Part shown: positions 18,514-20,952 of the stretch, one piece after another
Layout of the letters: the number at the start of each line of letters is the position of its first letter
How positions within the stretch are numbered: the first letter of the stretch is position 1
Origin: an uncultured Acidobacteriota bacterium
GTDB taxonomy: Bacteria > Acidobacteriota > Thermoanaerobaculia > UBA5066 > DATFVB01
Assembly: GCA_963813155.1 (NCBI GenBank)
Contig: CAWEYG010000017.1
Location: 1-20,952 of the forward strand
Direction: 5' to 3'
Length of the DNA: 20,952 nt
Made by a program: the position numbers and the translations under genes
The notes under the pieces: generated by a model
Database searches by the model: none
What the model was told of the DNA's origin: nothing
Seen by the model: the letters and a program-made list of their open reading frames with translations, nothing else

Positions 18514-18747
18514 ATGAAGAGGACCACGATCATGCTGCCCTCCGAGCTTCACGAGAAGGCGGCTCGCTACGCAGCGAGACGCCGCGTCTCGCTGGGGCAG
18601 CTCGTTCGGAGCTCGCTCCGAGCCGCGATGGACGCTGGGGACGAAGCTCCGAGTCCCGACCCCCTGTGGGCGGACGACGAGGTGTTTCGCCGAAAGACGC
18701 CACGAGACCTGGCCCGGAACCATGACCGGTATCTCGAGTCCGATTGA
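18514..18747 (+). CDS. vapB: Ribbon-helix-helix (CopG-like) antitoxin
   Basis: MKRTTIMLPSELHEKAARYAARRRVSLGQLVRSSL (RHH). C-terminal DLARNHDRYL. Stop overlaps the PIN gene start. Confidence 0.85.
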   Translation: MKRTTIMLPSELHEKAARYAARRRVSLGQLVRSSLRAAMDAGDEAPSPDPLWADDEVFRRKTPRDLARNHDRYLESD

Positions 18748-19145
18748 TCTTCATCGATACGGGCGCCTTTCTCGCGCGATACCTCTCAGCGGATTCTCTG
18801 CACGGCCGCGCAACTCGCGCCTGGAAAGAGCTCGAAAGACAAAACGCGGCAACCTGCACGAGCCACTTTGTGCTCGACGAAACCCTGACCCTGCTGGCCC
18901 GGCGCGCCGACTATCGTTTTGCCTCTGAGCGTGGTCGTCGTATTTACGCATCGGAGGCGTTGACAATTCTGCGCGCGGACGAACCGACAGAGAAAAAGGC
19001 TCTCGGATTTTTCGAGAAATTCGCTGATCAGAACGTGAGCTTCACCGATTGCGTGAGTTTTGCGCTCATGATCCAACATGGAGTCGAACGCGCGTTCACG
19101 TTCGATCGGCACTTCGCTCTCGCGGGTTTCGACGTTTGGCCCTGA
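18744..19145 (+). CDS. vapC: PIN-domain toxin
   Basis: IFIDTGAF, VLDET, SFTDCVSFALM, FTFDRHF: PIN acidic residues intact. TTG start in a TTGA overlap. Confidence 0.93.
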   Translation: MIFIDTGAFLARYLSADSLHGRATRAWKELERQNAATCTSHFVLDETLTLLARRADYRFASERGRRIYASEALTILRADEPTEKKALGFFEKFADQNVSFTDCVSFALMIQHGVERAFTFDRHFALAGFDVWP

Positions 19146-19172
19146 TGGCGTTTCAGCGAGCCATGCCCTCGG

Positions 19173-20939
19173 TCAAGGGCCCTTCTTTGTTCGCAGCGGC
19201 TCGAGAGAACCGCCCCGCCGCAGCTTCCACGCGCCCGCCTTCACGTCGCCCAGGTCCTGAACCGTCCCGTCCGGCCATTTGATCGACGCGCGGGCGGAGC
19301 TCGCCGTTCCGATGCCGAAGTGGAGCGGCAGCCACGACCCGGACGCGTAAGACGGCTGAACGTAGAACTGCTTGACGTGCCCCCCGACGGTGACGACCGC
19401 GCCCAGCACGGTCTTCCGGTCGGCGCCGGCGACGGGCAGGACCTCGATCGCGTTTCCGGCCGGCGATTCGTTGCGGAGGATGACCGCGCGATGGCCAATC
19501 GGGTTGTACGCAAGGTCGAGCCGGCCGTCGCCGTCGAAATCCGCGGCCGCGAGCCCGCGCCCGACGAGGCAGAGCCGGCCCAGATCTCCCGAGACCGCCG
19601 AGACGTCGTCGAACTTCATCTCGCCGGGCCGCGAGACGTTGCGAAACAGGAATCGTCTCTGCGCGTAGCTCTTCTCGCCGATCCCGAATTTTCGCGCCTG
19701 CGGGTTGACCCAGCTCCCGATCACCGTCCAGAACCGGGAGAGGATCTGGCCGCTCGTCACGGCGAGGTCGTCGCGGCCGTCGTTGTCGTAGTCGAGCGCG
19801 ACGGCGCCCCACTTCGACAGGGGCAGCGTGGGATCGCGGTCGCCGCCGAAGGCGGCCCGGTCCTCCTCCTCGAACAGCTGCCCCTCGACGTTCCGGTAGA
19901 GCGTGTTCGGCTCGGCCGCGTAGTTGGAAATGTAGAGATCCGTCCGCCCGTCGCCGTCGAGGTCGTCCGCGACGAGCCCCATGCCGGAGCGCGTCCGACG
20001 GCCGAAGGCGGTCGGCCCTTCCGGCGGGTACCCGGTGCCCGTTTCCTCCGAGACGTCGCGGAATTTCCCGCCCCCCTCGTTGTGGAACAGCGTGTTTCTC
20101 CACTGGTCGTTCGCGACATAGAGGTCGGTCCGGCCGTCGCCGTCGTAGTCGATCGCGACGGCCCCGATCGTCTTGGAGCCCGGGTCGGCCGTTCCGGACG
20201 CCTTTGTGACGTCCTCGAAACGCAGATCGCCCCTGCCCCGGTACAGCGCGTTGTCCTGCCCCGGGTATTCGTCGGGCGTTTTCACGCCGAACCCCGCCGA
20301 CGATTCCCGGACCGGGTCGGTGTCCAAATAGTTCCCCACGTACACGTCGGGAATTCCGTCGCCGTCGAAATCGCCCGCCGCGAGGCCAATCGTCATCTTT
20401 CCGTTCTCGAGCCCCGACCGGGGAACGAGGACGAACGTCCCGTCCCCGCGGTTTCGCCAGAGCGTGTTTCCTCCAACGTTTCCGACGACGAGATCGGGAT
20501 ATCCGTCGGAATCGAGGTCGGCCCACATCGCGGAAATCCCCCAGCCGCAAGCGCGGATTCCCGACTTCTCCGTCGCGTCCTCGAAGGTCCCGTTTCCCCG
20601 GTTTCGATAGAGTCGGCCGCAGGTCGCGAGATCTTCCGCTCCCGCACGCGCGCCTGCCTTCGAATGCGGGATCTGGTTGACGAAGAAGAGGTCGATCCAG
20701 CCGTCGCCGTCGAAATCCGCCGCCGCGACCCCGCCTCCCATCGTCGGGATCAGCTTCGCGTCGACGAAGTCCCCCTTGAACCGGAATGCGACGCCGGAGG
20801 CCGCCGTCACGTCGCGAAAGAGCGCGCCGGTCACGTTTCGGCGCCGCGAGTCCTCCTCCCGGAACAGCACGATTCCGACGACGGCGCACACGGCCGCCAG
20901 GATGAAGAGCGCGAACGCGAGCCGGGCCAGCATCTTCAT
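19173..20939 (-). CDS. CRTAC1-family protein (FG-GAP-like repeats plus ASPIC/UnbV) with N-terminal membrane anchor
   Basis: N-terminal hydrophobic helix. PTMGGGVAAADFDGDG, seven DxDxDG motifs, GRGLAAADFDGDG, SYASGSWLPLHFGIG..IKWPDG. Confidence 0.92.
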   Translation of the reverse strand: MKMLARLAFALFILAAVCAVVGIVLFREEDSRRRNVTGALFRDVTAASGVAFRFKGDFVDAKLIPTMGGGVAAADFDGDGWIDLFFVNQIPHSKAGARAGAEDLATCGRLYRNRGNGTFEDATEKSGIRACGWGISAMWADLDSDGYPDLVVGNVGGNTLWRNRGDGTFVLVPRSGLENGKMTIGLAAGDFDGDGIPDVYVGNYLDTDPVRESSAGFGVKTPDEYPGQDNALYRGRGDLRFEDVTKASGTADPGSKTIGAVAIDYDGDGRTDLYVANDQWRNTLFHNEGGGKFRDVSEETGTGYPPEGPTAFGRRTRSGMGLVADDLDGDGRTDLYISNYAAEPNTLYRNVEGQLFEEEDRAAFGGDRDPTLPLSKWGAVALDYDNDGRDDLAVTSGQILSRFWTVIGSWVNPQARKFGIGEKSYAQRRFLFRNVSRPGEMKFDDVSAVSGDLGRLCLVGRGLAAADFDGDGRLDLAYNPIGHRAVILRNESPAGNAIEVLPVAGADRKTVLGAVVTVGGHVKQFYVQPSYASGSWLPLHFGIGTASSARASIKWPDGTVQDLGDVKAGAWKLRRGGSLEPLRTKKGP

Positions 20940-20952
20940 CGGCGGAAGGCTC

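Noticed and set aside
11600-20720. Recurring GACGGCGACGG-like nucleotide repeats as a CRISPR or tandem array
   Set aside because: They encode the DxDGDG protein motifs, are irregularly spaced, and no cas genes are present.

Overview
High-GC bacterial window; the several CRTAC1/ASPIC-UnbV genes and the TPR multiheme cytochrome are suggestive of Acidobacteriota or Planctomycetota (inference). From left to right: (1) the 3' part of an AraC-AlkA alkylation-repair gene with one frameshift, followed by ogt. (2) A visibly lower-GC ~2.4 kb minus-strand island of three genes (TIGR04255-like protein, HTH/Xre-antitoxin-like protein, putative toxin with a PemK/MazF-like N-terminus) with its own AT-rich promoter/operator. 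It carries two frameshifts and a probable premature stop. (3) A five-gene ATGA-coupled catabolic operon: thiolase, C26 gamma-glutamyl hydrolase, a secreted MBL-fold protein lacking most metal ligands, enoyl-CoA hydratase and aldehyde dehydrogenase. (4) A divergent ClC-CBS transporter with non-canonical filter residues. (5) A cluster of three FG-GAP/ASPIC-UnbV beta-propeller proteins around a membrane-anchored penta-heme cytochrome c-TPR protein. (6) A VapBC-type TA pair. Also seen: leaderless-type promoters at five gene starts, and two palindromic elements sharing a short motif, one lying in frame inside the cytochrome gene. The best candidates for undescribed systems are the three-gene island and the multiheme/ASPIC-UnbV cluster. 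All calls come from motif recognition by eye; no searches were run.
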